The notes: generated from the letters alone by a model not told the origin. 64,000 bases of DNA from an uncultured Candidatus Saccharibacteria bacterium (GCA_964401135.1 CAYNXC010000002.1:112975-176974); one strand, 5' to 3'. Counted from the stretch's first letter, positions 10,601 to 20,700 are shown. A program made the numbers and translations.

Positions 10601-11863
10601 ATGTTGGATATTAAGTTTATTCGGGATAATAAGGAGCTGGTAGCCGAGGCGGCTAAGAAGAAGCACATCACCTTTGATGTAGAACATCTAATCTCCTTGG
10701 ATGATGAGCGGGTCAGACTTCTCGCCGAGGTTGAAGGAGCTCGTGCCACACAAAACGCGGCCAATGATGCTATTGCCCAGGCAAGCACGAGTGAGCGAGA
10801 AAAACTACTCACTGAAATGCGCGCAGTTAAAGATGCTCTCGCTGGCGGTGAAGAAAAACTTAAAGAAGTGATGAATGAGTGGCGCTTAGCAATGCTCCAA
10901 GTCCCAAACGTTCCTGATATGAGTGTGCCTGATGGCGACGACGACTCCGCGAATGTTGAGTACTCCACATGGGGTGTGTTGCCTCAATTTTCGTTCACAC
11001 CCAAGAGTCACATCGAGCTTATGGAAGACTTACACATTCTTGATCTTGAGCGTGGCGCAAAGGTTTCCGGTTTCCGTGGCTACTTTCTAAAAGGGGACGG
11101 CGCACTTCTTTCCATGTCTATTTGGCGTCTCGCTATTGACTCTTTAGTGAAGAAGGGATATGAGCCGATGCTCACTCCTTCACTCGTCCGCAAAGAGCCA
11201 CTCTTTGGCACCGGCTATCTCCCGCAAGGAGAGGAGGATCTCTATAGAACACAAGATGGCGAATATCTCTCGGGTACCGCTGAGGTCCCTACGATGGGGT
11301 ATCTGATGGATGAGACACTGGAAGCACGCGAGCTCCCAAAAAGATTCGTTTCTTTTTCTCCCTGCTACCGCCGTGAGGCGGGGAGCCACGGCAAGGACAC
11401 GCGCGGAATTATGCGATTGCATGAGTTCTATAAAGTGGAGATGGTAGTGCTCTGTGAAGGCACACACGACGAGAGTGTGCGGTACCATGAAGAGATCCGT
11501 GAGAATGCGGAGGAGCTGATGCGCGCGCTCGAGATCCCGCATCATGTAGTTATAAACTGTGGTGGAGACCTAGGGCTTGGTCAGGTAAAGAAATACGACA
11601 TTGAAGCGTGGATCCCTTCAGAGAACCGCTACCGCGAGACGCACTCCATCTCGTACTTCCACGACTTTCAAACACGCCGTTTCAATATTAAATACAAAGA
11701 TGTGGAGGGGAAGCGCCGTTTTGCTCACTCGTTGAATGGTACCGCCTTTGCCACTCCACGCCTACTCATCCCACTCTTAGAAAATCATCAACGTGAGGAT
11801 GGGAGCGTCACTGTACCCAAGGCTCTCATACCATATTTCGGAAAAGAGACTCTTGTCCCGTAG
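10601..11863 (+). CDS. serS: seryl-tRNA synthetase (start placed at MLDIKFIR; ORF-track start at 10544 overlaps dprA)
   Basis: N-terminal coiled-coil arm, class II motifs FRREAGSHGKDTRGIMRLHEF and GTAFATPRLLIPLLENHQ. Confidence 0.9.
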   Translation: MLDIKFIRDNKELVAEAAKKKHITFDVEHLISLDDERVRLLAEVEGARATQNAANDAIAQASTSEREKLLTEMRAVKDALAGGEEKLKEVMNEWRLAMLQVPNVPDMSVPDGDDDSANVEYSTWGVLPQFSFTPKSHIELMEDLHILDLERGAKVSGFRGYFLKGDGALLSMSIWRLAIDSLVKKGYEPMLTPSLVRKEPLFGTGYLPQGEEDLYRTQDGEYLSGTAEVPTMGYLMDETLEARELPKRFVSFSPCYRREAGSHGKDTRGIMRLHEFYKVEMVVLCEGTHDESVRYHEEIRENAEELMRALEIPHHVVINCGGDLGLGQVKKYDIEAWIPSENRYRETHSISYFHDFQTRRFNIKYKDVEGKRRFAHSLNGTAFATPRLLIPLLENHQREDGSVTVPKALIPYFGKETLVP

Positions 11864-12679
11864 ATGAACAGAAAAGAAGTACTTCTCAAACGATCAGCCG
11901 AATTCAAGCGTCGTTCCCGCGCGGTCAAGATTGTCTTATCGTTCGGATTTTCCGTGTTTTTGGTACTGGGAATCTTAGTGGTCTTAAATCTCTCATCATT
12001 CTCCCTCTCACGGGTGAGTGTCGATGGCGCGAGCACAGTCTCTGCAGAAAAAATCTCTCGTGCTGCGAGAGAGGTCTTGCGTGGATCTTACTTCTACCTC
12101 ATCCCTCATAGAAGTATGGTATTCTTCCCGCGCAGTCGTGTGCGCGAGGAAGTGCTGGCTGTCTCTCCGCGCATTGAGCGAGTGTCACTCAATACACACC
12201 GTGGTACTTTGGTGGTGCATGTGAGCGAGCGAACGCCGGTGGCACTTTGGTGCGGAGAGCTTGTTGTGTGGAGTAGTACTTCGCAGTGCCTCTCGTTAGA
12301 CAGAGGCGGATTCGCCTTTGGCCTTGCTCCCTATGCCCACAGTGGCGCGTATCTCATATTCAACACCTCCGATCGTGGTCCACGCGTGGGGTCCTTCATT
12401 ACCGAGAGTGGCACCTTTGGCATGCTGTACAACTTTGTAAAAACATTTCCACTCCCTATCTCGCGCGTACTCATCAACAAAAATTTGCGCTACACGCTCT
12501 ACACAAAGGATGGTATGGCAATCTTTATTAATCCGCGCATTCCGCTTGATCAGACGCGGAGCTCTGTCATCACTGCGCTCTCAAGTGATGCACTTGCCTC
12601 GAGTACTCGCTTAGGGGAAAGCATAGAGTACTTAGATGTCCGTGTCTCTGGAAAAGTCTTCTACAAATTGAGAGAGTGA
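11864..12679 (+). CDS. ftsQ: cell division protein FtsQ/DivIB-like (N-terminal TM helix + POTRA)
   Basis: basic N-terminus, single TM, VSVDGASTVSAEKISRAAREVL POTRA-like segment; weak family resemblance only. Confidence 0.5.
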   Translation: MNRKEVLLKRSAEFKRRSRAVKIVLSFGFSVFLVLGILVVLNLSSFSLSRVSVDGASTVSAEKISRAAREVLRGSYFYLIPHRSMVFFPRSRVREEVLAVSPRIERVSLNTHRGTLVVHVSERTPVALWCGELVVWSSTSQCLSLDRGGFAFGLAPYAHSGAYLIFNTSDRGPRVGSFITESGTFGMLYNFVKTFPLPISRVLINKNLRYTLYTKDGMAIFINPRIPLDQTRSSVITALSSDALASSTRLGESIEYLDVRVSGKVFYKLRE

Positions 12680-12698
12680 TGCGATATACTGTAAGGTA

Positions 12699-15149
12699 AT
12701 GAGGATTTTTCCACCAAAACATACGATCATGATCGTGCTCACTGTTCTCTGTGCGGTTGGTGCTGGGCTTTTTATTGCGGCAGGTTTTGTGTATGGAGGG
12801 CGTTTTGCTCTCTCTCATTCTCCGCTCAAGCTCTCCGCTCAAGTGAGCAAAACTTCTTCCAGTCCTTCCAGTCCTTCCAGCCCTTCAGTCTCTACTCCTA
12901 TATACTCCAAGATCACTCTTGGCTCTCTTTCGCAGGATCTAAGCTCTCTGCCACAGCAAGGGAAGGCACTCTATGTAGATTTAGATGCCATGACCCTTTC
13001 TCTCTACTCCGATGGCACTGTGACAGAGAAAGTCCCCGTGATGTCTAAGGGACGCATTGGTACTCCCTGGGAGACGCCTCCAGGAGTGTATAAGGTTGAG
13101 ACGAAGGAGGAGAATCACTTCTCATCCATTGGTACCGTATGGATGCCGTACTCGATGCAGTTTTTTGGTAACTTTTTTATCCACGGGTGGCCATACTATC
13201 CTGGGGGGACGCCAGTCCCCAAGGGCTATTCGGGGGGGTGCATCCGTCTGAGCACCGAGGACGCAAAAAAGGTGTTTCTCTTTGCTGATACAGGCACTCC
13301 GCTTATTGTGGTGGGGAAAAACTCATCGAGCGCTACTTCTCCTGACGAGAACTTTTATTACATTGCTAATCTTGGCGCTACACCGAGAGTGTCTGCTGGT
13401 GCATACTTGGTTGCCGATCTTGATTCGGGTGACATTCTCCTTGAGCACAATAGTGGTAGAGAGTATCCCATTGCATCTCTCACCAAACTGATCACCGCAC
13501 TTACCTCACTTGATGTAGTAAACCAGTATCAGACTGCACGAGTGTCCAGCCGAGCGTCTGCTACATACGGTAACTTTGGAGGACTAAAGGAGGGTGAGGC
13601 TGTAAGCGTGGGAACCCTTCTGTACCCACTCCTCTTAGAATCATCTAATGATGCGGCAGAGGTGATTGCCGAGCATTACGGGAGAGATCGTTTTCTCTCG
13701 CAGATGAATAAAAAAGCGCGCTCCATCGGATTGAATATGACTCACTTTGATGATCCTAGCGGACTCTCTCCAGGGAACACTTCAACCGCACAAGATCTCT
13801 TTACGCTCGCGCAGTATATATACCGGCACAAGTCTTATGTGTTGGGCATTACCAAGACAGCAGTGAAGAAAGTTGAGAAAGAGAGTCCAAGTGCAAAAAC
13901 ACATACCTGGTACAACAATAATTATTTTGTTGTTAAAGGTGACCCAAAGTACTTGGGAGGGAAGAATGGTTATACCGATGCTGCAGGGCGCACCCTCATT
14001 TCACTGTTCTCACTCCCGCTCTCTGAGTTTCAAAAAAGAGATATTGCAGTCATCGTGCTTGCGAGTGAAAATCGCGAAAAAGATGCAGAAAAATTAGTCC
14101 AGTATGTGAGTAAAAATATATATTTCGGCTTAAGTCCAGATGCCAAGCGGCTTGCCGTCCAGTCTGTAGCTACTCCGGAGCTCACAAGAGGGCAGACACG
14201 AGAATCTGTCTGGAGCGCAATGGGGAAGCGCATGGTCTCTTCACTCGGTATCCTCGCAACATCGACAGCCAGCTCTAGTAAACAAGTCCGCCTACTCTTT
14301 GTTGGCGATATTATGGCTGATCGTGGAGTGCGTTCTGTCGTGGAGAGGAGCTTCTCGGGGGATTATCAACAACTATTTGCTCGTGCGCGCACAATTGCTG
14401 ATTACGATATTAGTTTTGCAAACCTTGAGGGGCCGGTCTCTCTCCGTGGGACGGATCATGGTAGTATCTACTCCTTCCGTATGGACCCAAAGCTTGTGCC
14501 CGCACTTAAGAAGGTGGGCTTTGATGTGTTGAGTGTGGCAAATAATCACGCAGGTGATTGGGGGGGCGAGGCATTTTACGATACCATTTCTCAAGTATCT
14601 GAGTACGGTATTCTCCCTGTTGGAGGAGGTTATGATCGCACAGATGCAGTAGCAGTGAAAATCCTTGAACGCAATGGAGTGCGCGTCGGCTTCTTAGGGT
14701 TTACTGATGTGGGACCTGACTGGTTAGAAGTTGGTGCAAAAAATGCGGGAGTGCTCCGTGCCGCTGATGGAGACTTTGACACACTGATTGCTCACGCGGC
14801 GAGGCAGGTGGACGCGCTTGTTGTCTCCTTCCACTTTGGTGATGAGTACCAGCCGCTCTCTAACGCACGGCAGAAGGCGCTTGCGCGGCGCGCGGTAGAA
14901 AACGGCGCGCGGATTGTAGTAGGACACCATCCTCATGTGGTACAAGAGCTGGAACGCTACAATGGTGGAGTGATTGCCTACAGCTTGGGTAACTTTATCT
15001 TTGATCAGAACTTTTCTCCCGAGACTATGCAGGGCTTAGGGCTCATGGTGACACTGAATGCACAAGGGGGAGTGGAGGATGTACGACGGCTCCCATTCAG
15101 TATAAACAAGTCATACCAGCCAGAACTTGATGTACAGAAAAAGAAATAG
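12699..15149 (+). CDS. three-domain peptidoglycan-remodelling fusion protein: TM anchor + L,D-transpeptidase (YkuD) + D-Ala-D-Ala carboxypeptidase (S11) + CapA/PGA_cap metallophosphatase-like domain
   Basis: Ldt catalytic HGWP...SGGCIRL; S11 motifs SLTKLIT (SxxK), LESSNDAAE (SxN), GGKNGYTD (KTG-like); CapA-like VRLLFVGDIMADRG...SVANNHAGDWG...GHHPHVVQE. Confidence 0.7.
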   Translation: MRIFPPKHTIMIVLTVLCAVGAGLFIAAGFVYGGRFALSHSPLKLSAQVSKTSSSPSSPSSPSVSTPIYSKITLGSLSQDLSSLPQQGKALYVDLDAMTLSLYSDGTVTEKVPVMSKGRIGTPWETPPGVYKVETKEENHFSSIGTVWMPYSMQFFGNFFIHGWPYYPGGTPVPKGYSGGCIRLSTEDAKKVFLFADTGTPLIVVGKNSSSATSPDENFYYIANLGATPRVSAGAYLVADLDSGDILLEHNSGREYPIASLTKLITALTSLDVVNQYQTARVSSRASATYGNFGGLKEGEAVSVGTLLYPLLLESSNDAAEVIAEHYGRDRFLSQMNKKARSIGLNMTHFDDPSGLSPGNTSTAQDLFTLAQYIYRHKSYVLGITKTAVKKVEKESPSAKTHTWYNNNYFVVKGDPKYLGGKNGYTDAAGRTLISLFSLPLSEFQKRDIAVIVLASENREKDAEKLVQYVSKNIYFGLSPDAKRLAVQSVATPELTRGQTRESVWSAMGKRMVSSLGILATSTASSSKQVRLLFVGDIMADRGVRSVVERSFSGDYQQLFARARTIADYDISFANLEGPVSLRGTDHGSIYSFRMDPKLVPALKKVGFDVLSVANNHAGDWGGEAFYDTISQVSEYGILPVGGGYDRTDAVAVKILERNGVRVGFLGFTDVGPDWLEVGAKNAGVLRAADGDFDTLIAHAARQVDALVVSFHFGDEYQPLSNARQKALARRAVENGARIVVGHHPHVVQELERYNGGVIAYSLGNFIFDQNFSPETMQGLGLMVTLNAQGGVEDVRRLPFSINKSYQPELDVQKKK

Positions 15150-15150
15150 C

Positions 15151-16356
15151 ATGAGCGCATTTTTTGTCTTTTCTTTTTTCTTTCCATTTTCTTTTGGGTG
15201 GGTCACCGATATGGCCTCTCAACTTGCGACACTGTCTGCTGGCGTAGGGCGTGCATACCCAGAGACAGTAGACATCCAAGATCTTATGGATCGTTACACT
15301 GCGGGGAAACTCTCTGTGCTTATTGTGCCTGGGCACGATAATGCAGATCCTGGCTCTGCTTTTGGGAAGGTGAGTGAGTCTGAGGTAAGCCTAACGATGA
15401 CTAAGTATCTTTTGGAACGCTTTGCAAATGATCCGCATATGCGCGCTTCAAGTACGCGCGATACTGAAACAGGGTCATACAGTACAGAATTGCAGTCATT
15501 TATACAAAAAGAGTCGCAAGATATTGACTCGTGGATGAGAACCTTGAGAGCCTTCTCTGCGCATTACCACCAAGTCGGTCTCTTAGATAAAAAAATACTT
15601 GTACACCATAACTCCGCAAATACGCGTGTATCGCGCATACTCTATGGCATTAACCGTTTTGCAAATGAGCACGACATAGACATTGTGCTTCATGTTCACT
15701 TTAACGATTACCCACGGCGCTCTACCCGGAATATAGGATCCTATTCTGGCTTCTCTATCTATGCGCCGAGTGAACAATTACCCAATGGTCGTGCAAGCCA
15801 GGCTCTTGCCGAGTCAATATGGTCTCGCCTCTACTCACGCTTACCTGTCAGTAATCTGCCCGGAGAAAACTCGGGCATCGTCCCAGATCAAGAATTGATT
15901 GCGGTTGGATCAAATGGTTCGCGAGAAAAAATATCACTACTGATTGAGTACGGGTATATCTACGAATCGCAGTTCAAAACACCTGAGGTGCGGGAAAAAA
16001 TTTTACGAGAAATGGCGTATCAGACCTACCTCGGTGTGGTAGATTTCTTTGAAGCAAGCGGTGCCACACTCGCAGAAGAGACGACACTCTTCCCCTATAC
16101 ATTCACGCGTAATCTTACTAAGGGAGAGAAGCATTCTGCTGATGTACTACACTTACAAGGAGTACTCCACACGATTGGCTTTTATCCTCCAGACGGGAAA
16201 ACACTCTCAGACTGTCCGATCAATGGAATTTTTGGGAACTGTGTAGAGCGCGCGGTAAAAGATTTCCAATCCGCGCATGACTTGAGTACCACTGGATCTG
16301 TGGGGCCGCAGACGCGTGAGAAGCTAAATAGATTTACGGAATTGGAAGAACAATAA
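15151..16356 (+). CDS. N-acetylmuramoyl-L-alanine amidase (Amidase_3) with C-terminal peptidoglycan-binding domain
   Basis: signal-like N-terminus, LIVPGHDNADPGSAF...EVSLTMTKYL amidase_3 core, C-terminal PG_binding_1-like GSVGPQTREKL. Confidence 0.75.
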   Translation: MSAFFVFSFFFPFSFGWVTDMASQLATLSAGVGRAYPETVDIQDLMDRYTAGKLSVLIVPGHDNADPGSAFGKVSESEVSLTMTKYLLERFANDPHMRASSTRDTETGSYSTELQSFIQKESQDIDSWMRTLRAFSAHYHQVGLLDKKILVHHNSANTRVSRILYGINRFANEHDIDIVLHVHFNDYPRRSTRNIGSYSGFSIYAPSEQLPNGRASQALAESIWSRLYSRLPVSNLPGENSGIVPDQELIAVGSNGSREKISLLIEYGYIYESQFKTPEVREKILREMAYQTYLGVVDFFEASGATLAEETTLFPYTFTRNLTKGEKHSADVLHLQGVLHTIGFYPPDGKTLSDCPINGIFGNCVERAVKDFQSAHDLSTTGSVGPQTREKLNRFTELEEQ

Positions 16357-16361
16357 AAATT

Positions 16362-16398
16362 CCCCTCTCACAATCCGCGATGCAGATTGTGAGAGGGG
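16362..16398. terminator. bidirectional intrinsic terminator hairpin between convergent genes
   Basis: perfect 14-bp inverted repeat cccctctcacaatc/gattgtgagagggg with 9-nt loop; A-run on + strand side gives U-run for the minus-strand transcript. Confidence 0.7.
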
Positions 16399-16444
16399 GT
16401 CTGTCTGAGAGGTATCCTACAAGAAGTGTGGCGGGCAAAAGTCC

Positions 16445-16894
16445 TTAGAACTCTTCATCCTCTCCACGATACGCGGGAGAGGGTAGGTAATAGCAGTCTT
16501 GATAGAGCGGACCACCATTTCGCTCATTTGTCCCAAAGAAGGTGAGAGGGAAGGTCGCTATCTCAAACACGCCGACTGCCGCATCCCGCACAGTCCGTAA
16601 GGGGCCGAGCACCGTACCAGCAATGTTAGAGAGTACTGGTATCTCTACCGCAGGGTCTCCATTAAAAACAGACCGGGTGATGTGTTTTGGAGAGGTCACG
16701 GCCATATGGACTCCGTGGGCAAAGCGGTTGCCCATCCGTGCGCCCATAGTATCAACTCTCATCTCAAGATCGGTGGGGCAGGGTGCTGGTGGACAGACAC
16801 AGCACGGCTCCTCTTGGTTGTAATACTGCTGTGCCAAGCAGAGATTAGTAAGAGAGCATACAAGCACAGCCAGAACGACGAGTAGCTGCTTCAT
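16445..16894 (-). CDS. small secreted Cys-rich hypothetical protein (signal peptide; CCVCPPAPCP motif)
   Basis: start MKQLLVVLAVLVCS preceded by perfect AAGGAG RBS; hydrophobic signal then cysteine cluster EEPCCVCPPAPCPTD. Confidence 0.6.
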   Translation of the reverse strand: MKQLLVVLAVLVCSLTNLCLAQQYYNQEEPCCVCPPAPCPTDLEMRVDTMGARMGNRFAHGVHMAVTSPKHITRSVFNGDPAVEIPVLSNIAGTVLGPLRTVRDAAVGVFEIATFPLTFFGTNERNGGPLYQDCYYLPSPAYRGEDEEF

Positions 16895-17004
16895 AGCAAG
16901 ACTCCTTTTATTGTGAGGATCATACCGCATGAGCGGTCTCTATTTCAACAGTACTACTTGTGGTGGAGATTGTCAATCAGAGGGTGCTCTGCTACGCTTC
17001 CTCT

Positions 17005-17946
17005 ATGCAAAGGGGATTCTGGGATACACTCCCGCGACCATTCTTCTGTCTCGCGCCAATGGCGAATGTCACCGACGCGGCTTTTCGTCGAATTATCACA
17101 CTCTATGGGAAACCGGATGTGTTCTGGACCGAATTTGTATCTGCAGATGGTCTACAGTCATCGGGGAGGGAAAAATTACTAATTGATCTGTCGTTTGAGA
17201 GTAAAGAACGGCCAATCGTTGCACAACTTTTCGGATCTCGCCCGGAGATTATGGAACGAAGCGCAGCACTTATAGCAGAACTCGGATTTGATGGAGTAGA
17301 CATCAATATGGGTTGCCCTGATCGTGCAATAGAGAAACAGGGCGCGGGCGCGGCACTCATCAAAGATCCGACTCTTGCAAGAGAATTGATCGAAGCGGCG
17401 CGGCAAGGAGTGAGAGATGCGATTCCAGTCTCGGTTAAGACTCGCACTGGGTATAACAAAAATAGTGCGGAAGAGTGGATAGGTCATTTACTCTTAGCGC
17501 GCCCCGCTGTCATCACTCTCCACGCGCGCACCAGAAAAGAAATGTCTCGAGTGTCTGCTGATTGGGAGTCTGTGCGACTAGCAGTCACTGTGGCGACCGG
17601 TACGGGGACGCGTATTATTGGGAACGGCGATGTAGAGACTGTTATGGATGCTCGGGAGAAAGCGCGTGAGTACGGCTGTGATGGTGTAATGTTAGGGAGA
17701 GGCATCTTTGGTAACCCATGGCTATTTGCCGAACGAACACCGGATGTGTGCGAGCGACTTACGGTGATGGTGGAACATTCACGGATGTTTGAGGCGATTC
17801 TTGGGGAACATAAAAGTTTTTCTATTATGCGCAAGCACTTTGGTGCCTATGTTAAGGGCTTTGTCGGAGCGGCGGAATTGCGCGAGAAATTGATGAGAAC
17901 CGAGACCGCAGATGAGGTGGAGCAGATAGTGCAGTGCATGCTATAA
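17005..17946 (+). CDS. dus: tRNA-dihydrouridine synthase (start uncertain; ORF-track start 16960)
   Basis: FMN-binding TIM barrel signature CLAPMANVTDAAFRRI, ...DINMGCP... Confidence 0.8.
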   Translation: MQRGFWDTLPRPFFCLAPMANVTDAAFRRIITLYGKPDVFWTEFVSADGLQSSGREKLLIDLSFESKERPIVAQLFGSRPEIMERSAALIAELGFDGVDINMGCPDRAIEKQGAGAALIKDPTLARELIEAARQGVRDAIPVSVKTRTGYNKNSAEEWIGHLLLARPAVITLHARTRKEMSRVSADWESVRLAVTVATGTGTRIIGNGDVETVMDAREKAREYGCDGVMLGRGIFGNPWLFAERTPDVCERLTVMVEHSRMFEAILGEHKSFSIMRKHFGAYVKGFVGAAELREKLMRTETADEVEQIVQCML

Positions 17947-17955
17947 TCGCTCCTG

Positions 17956-19014
17956 ATGAACGAGCGTGTGCTGTATCGTAAATATCGTCCGGCGAAGTGG
18001 ACCGATGTACTGGGTCAGTCACACATCGTGGATGTGCTTAAGGGAGCGGTAGCAGGAAAGACGATTGCGCATGCCTACCTCTTCTCGGGCTCACGGGGGA
18101 CAGGAAAGACTTCTGTAGCGCGTATTTTTGCCGCCGCAATTGGGTGCACTCCTACTGACTTATACGAGATTGATGCGGCATCAAATCGCGGCATTGACGA
18201 TGTACGAGAACTGCGAGATGCGGTTGCGACTCTCCCTTTTGAGAGTCCTTACAAAGTGTACTTGATTGATGAAGTGCACATGCTCACTAAGGAGGCCTTC
18301 AATGCGCTCCTTAAAACATTAGAGGAGCCACCCGCACATGTAGTCTTCATTCTCGCGACAACAGAGTACTCTCGTGTACCGGAGACGATTGTCTCTCGCT
18401 GTCAGACTTTTGTCTTTAAAAAACCTTCACGCGAGGAGCTGGCAAAGCATCTTGTCACGGTGGCGAAAAAGGAGGGTTGTGCGCTAGGGAAGGAAGCCGC
18501 ACAACTTATCGCCTCCTTAGGGGATAGCTCCTTCCGCGATGCGCTCGGTGTACTTCAAAAAGTGATGACGGTGAGCCTACCCCGCCAAGGGCGGGATGAA
18601 GATGCGGAGTTGACTGCCGATGAAGTCGCGCGTGTGACTGGGGCACCAAAGATAGAACTGGTGCGTAGCATCGCTCGCGCACTTGCAGAGGCCAATGCAG
18701 ACGCTGCACTCACGGCGGTAAGTGCCGCGCAGGAAGAGAATGTAGATATGAAGGTGCTCATGCGTCTTGTGATGCATACGGTGCGTGAGGCAATGCTCAT
18801 CATCTTTGCGCACGATCTCGCTGTGCAGATTGAGGGGGAAGTCTCGAGTGATGAGTACGCTTTTCTGGAGGATCTTGGGAGAGGGGAGAGGGGTAAGCGG
18901 CTATCACTGATATTGCGAGAACTCCTTGCTGCGTATCCTCTCATAGACGCTTCTCCCTCTCCGTCACTACCCTTAGAGCTTGCGATTATGAGACTCTCGG
19001 GGCAAGATAGGTAG
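17956..19014 (+). CDS. dnaX: DNA polymerase III subunit gamma/tau, short form
   Basis: clamp-loader AAA+ motifs: GTGKTS Walker A, DEVHML, SRC motif (VSRCQTF). Confidence 0.8.
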   Translation: MNERVLYRKYRPAKWTDVLGQSHIVDVLKGAVAGKTIAHAYLFSGSRGTGKTSVARIFAAAIGCTPTDLYEIDAASNRGIDDVRELRDAVATLPFESPYKVYLIDEVHMLTKEAFNALLKTLEEPPAHVVFILATTEYSRVPETIVSRCQTFVFKKPSREELAKHLVTVAKKEGCALGKEAAQLIASLGDSSFRDALGVLQKVMTVSLPRQGRDEDAELTADEVARVTGAPKIELVRSIARALAEANADAALTAVSAAQEENVDMKVLMRLVMHTVREAMLIIFAHDLAVQIEGEVSSDEYAFLEDLGRGERGKRLSLILRELLAAYPLIDASPSPSLPLELAIMRLSGQDR

Positions 19015-19021
19015 TACCCAG

Positions 19022-19095
19022 TGCCGAGTCGTCTAATGGTAGGACATCGCCCTTTGGAGGCGAGTATCTTGGTTCGAATCCAAGCTCGGCAGCCA
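19022..19095 (+). tRNA. tRNA-Gln(TTG): tRNA-Gln (anticodon TTG), CCA encoded; overlapped on opposite strand by the 3-prime end of the recombinase ORF
   Basis: acceptor tgccgag/ctcggca (U1-A72), anticodon stem tcgcc/ggcga loop ctTTGga, T-arm cttggttcgaatccaag, discriminator G + CCA. Confidence 0.8.
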
Positions 19096-20694
19096 ATTTG
19101 CATCTTTTTGATGCGCAGACACTTTTTGTCCAGTAGTTGCTGGCTCTTTTGTGATTTCTGCCAGTTCGTAGCTCATATTCAAGCGAGGAATCCAATTATG
19201 CAGAAATTCGGCAGCTTTTGAGTAAACGGGCTTGATTTCATAACGGTTTTGCAGAAGGTTCGTAAAAAGCTGGGAGAGAAGCAGACGCTTTTCCTCGATG
19301 TTGGCTTTCTCATAGATTTCCTTCGACCTGAATGCAAGCTCGTGGACTGCTAGACCAAGATGCAGAAACTCATCATTCTTGTCTCCCAAGCGTTCTAGCG
19401 CAGCTTCCAAGGTTTCTTCTTCGGTAGTGCACTCGGCAATCTTACGCTCAACGTATTCAAGTGGAGCTTCGCGGTTGATTTTTGCTTCGTAGTATTTGTC
19501 CTTCTGTTGGCGCACGTTGGCGAGAAGTCCGTTGAGATGAGCTATTTCTTGCTCGCGTGTCTTGATTTTGTCCGCGTGTTCCTCGCGCAAGATATTTTCA
19601 ATCTCGCATAGCACCTCCTCACTCTTGGGTGCGATGAGGTCAAAGAAGTCTGTATACTGGGACTCAATACGGTCTTGGCGCACGCAGGTTTTACCAGAAC
19701 ACCTCTTATACTCGCCGTGATTATTACAGTGTCCATACCAATGTCCTTTCTTCTCGTACCAGGTCAACATTCCGCCGCAGTGTTCACACTGAATCTTGCT
19801 CTTGAAAAGAGGGTTGTGCTTCGCCAGGTGCGGATTTTTGGTCTTGCGGCGCAAGATAGTCTGTACTTTGTCGAAGGTATCTTTGGTAATGATAGGCTCG
19901 TGCTTCGCAGGTAATACGCCACCTTTCCATCGCATCTTGCCGTAGAAGAAAGGATTTTGCAGAAGCTGGTGGATTTTACTCATCCCAACTTTCTTCCCGC
20001 CTTTCTTGATTTTCTTTCCATCCACTTCTTTTTCAGTGATTCTAGTACGCAGCCCCTTCTCGTATAGTTCCTTTTCTAGCTTTGAAAGGGAGTAGTTGCC
20101 TGTAGCGTACAACTCAAACATTTTTTTGATGTGAGGTGCGATATTCTCATCTACCTGGTGAATCTTGCCACCAGTTTCTTCGAGAGGTTTGTATCCTAGC
20201 GGTGGCTTTGTTGGGTATAGTTCATTCTCGACCTTCACTTTTTGACTCTTACGCACTTCTTCGGAAAGGTTATTGGAATAGAAGCGAGCGATAGCTACTT
20301 TCATATCCCATACAAGATTCTCGTGCGCTCGTGTCTCGCCGTTTGCGATAAATGATTCCTTTACGAAGTGAACAGCCCTCTGCGGGTCAGATTTAAGCCA
20401 TTCATCCACTGTTCCAGCGTCTTTAAGATTTCTAGTCAGACGGTCAATCTTTTCACATAAAATAACAGGAATCTTATTCTTGGTAGCAAACTGAATCATC
20501 TCGTAAAAGGTCTTTCGAGCGTGCTTGCCACTCGCAGATTCAGAGATTCGATACACTTTCACAACATTAAGATTCCTCTTGGTTGCGTGCTCTCTCAAGA
20601 GATTTTCCTGCGCGTCGAGTGAATAGCCAGTTTCCTGGTCTTTGGTTGAAACTCGACAATATGCAACTGCTTTTACTTTTGTTTCTGTGCTCAT
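19033..20694 (-). CDS. large serine recombinase (integrase) of integrated element; last ~21 codons lie antisense to tRNA-Gln
   Basis: N-terminal resolvase catalytic segment AVAYCRVSTKDQ, recombinase domain, zinc beta-ribbon CEHCGG...HCNNH...C, C-terminal coiled-coil. Confidence 0.85.
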   Translation of the reverse strand: MSTETKVKAVAYCRVSTKDQETGYSLDAQENLLREHATKRNLNVVKVYRISESASGKHARKTFYEMIQFATKNKIPVILCEKIDRLTRNLKDAGTVDEWLKSDPQRAVHFVKESFIANGETRAHENLVWDMKVAIARFYSNNLSEEVRKSQKVKVENELYPTKPPLGYKPLEETGGKIHQVDENIAPHIKKMFELYATGNYSLSKLEKELYEKGLRTRITEKEVDGKKIKKGGKKVGMSKIHQLLQNPFFYGKMRWKGGVLPAKHEPIITKDTFDKVQTILRRKTKNPHLAKHNPLFKSKIQCEHCGGMLTWYEKKGHWYGHCNNHGEYKRCSGKTCVRQDRIESQYTDFFDLIAPKSEEVLCEIENILREEHADKIKTREQEIAHLNGLLANVRQQKDKYYEAKINREAPLEYVERKIAECTTEEETLEAALERLGDKNDEFLHLGLAVHELAFRSKEIYEKANIEEKRLLLSQLFTNLLQNRYEIKPVYSKAAEFLHNWIPRLNMSYELAEITKEPATTGQKVSAHQKDANWLPSLDSNQDTRLQRAMSYH

Positions 20695-20700
20695 AGTTGG

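Noticed and set aside
12850-12900. Short tandem repeat ccagtccttccagtccttccagcccttcag
   Set aside because: It encodes an in-frame SSPSSPSSPS Ser/Pro linker in the Ldt-DacA-CapA protein; not a CRISPR or non-coding repeat.
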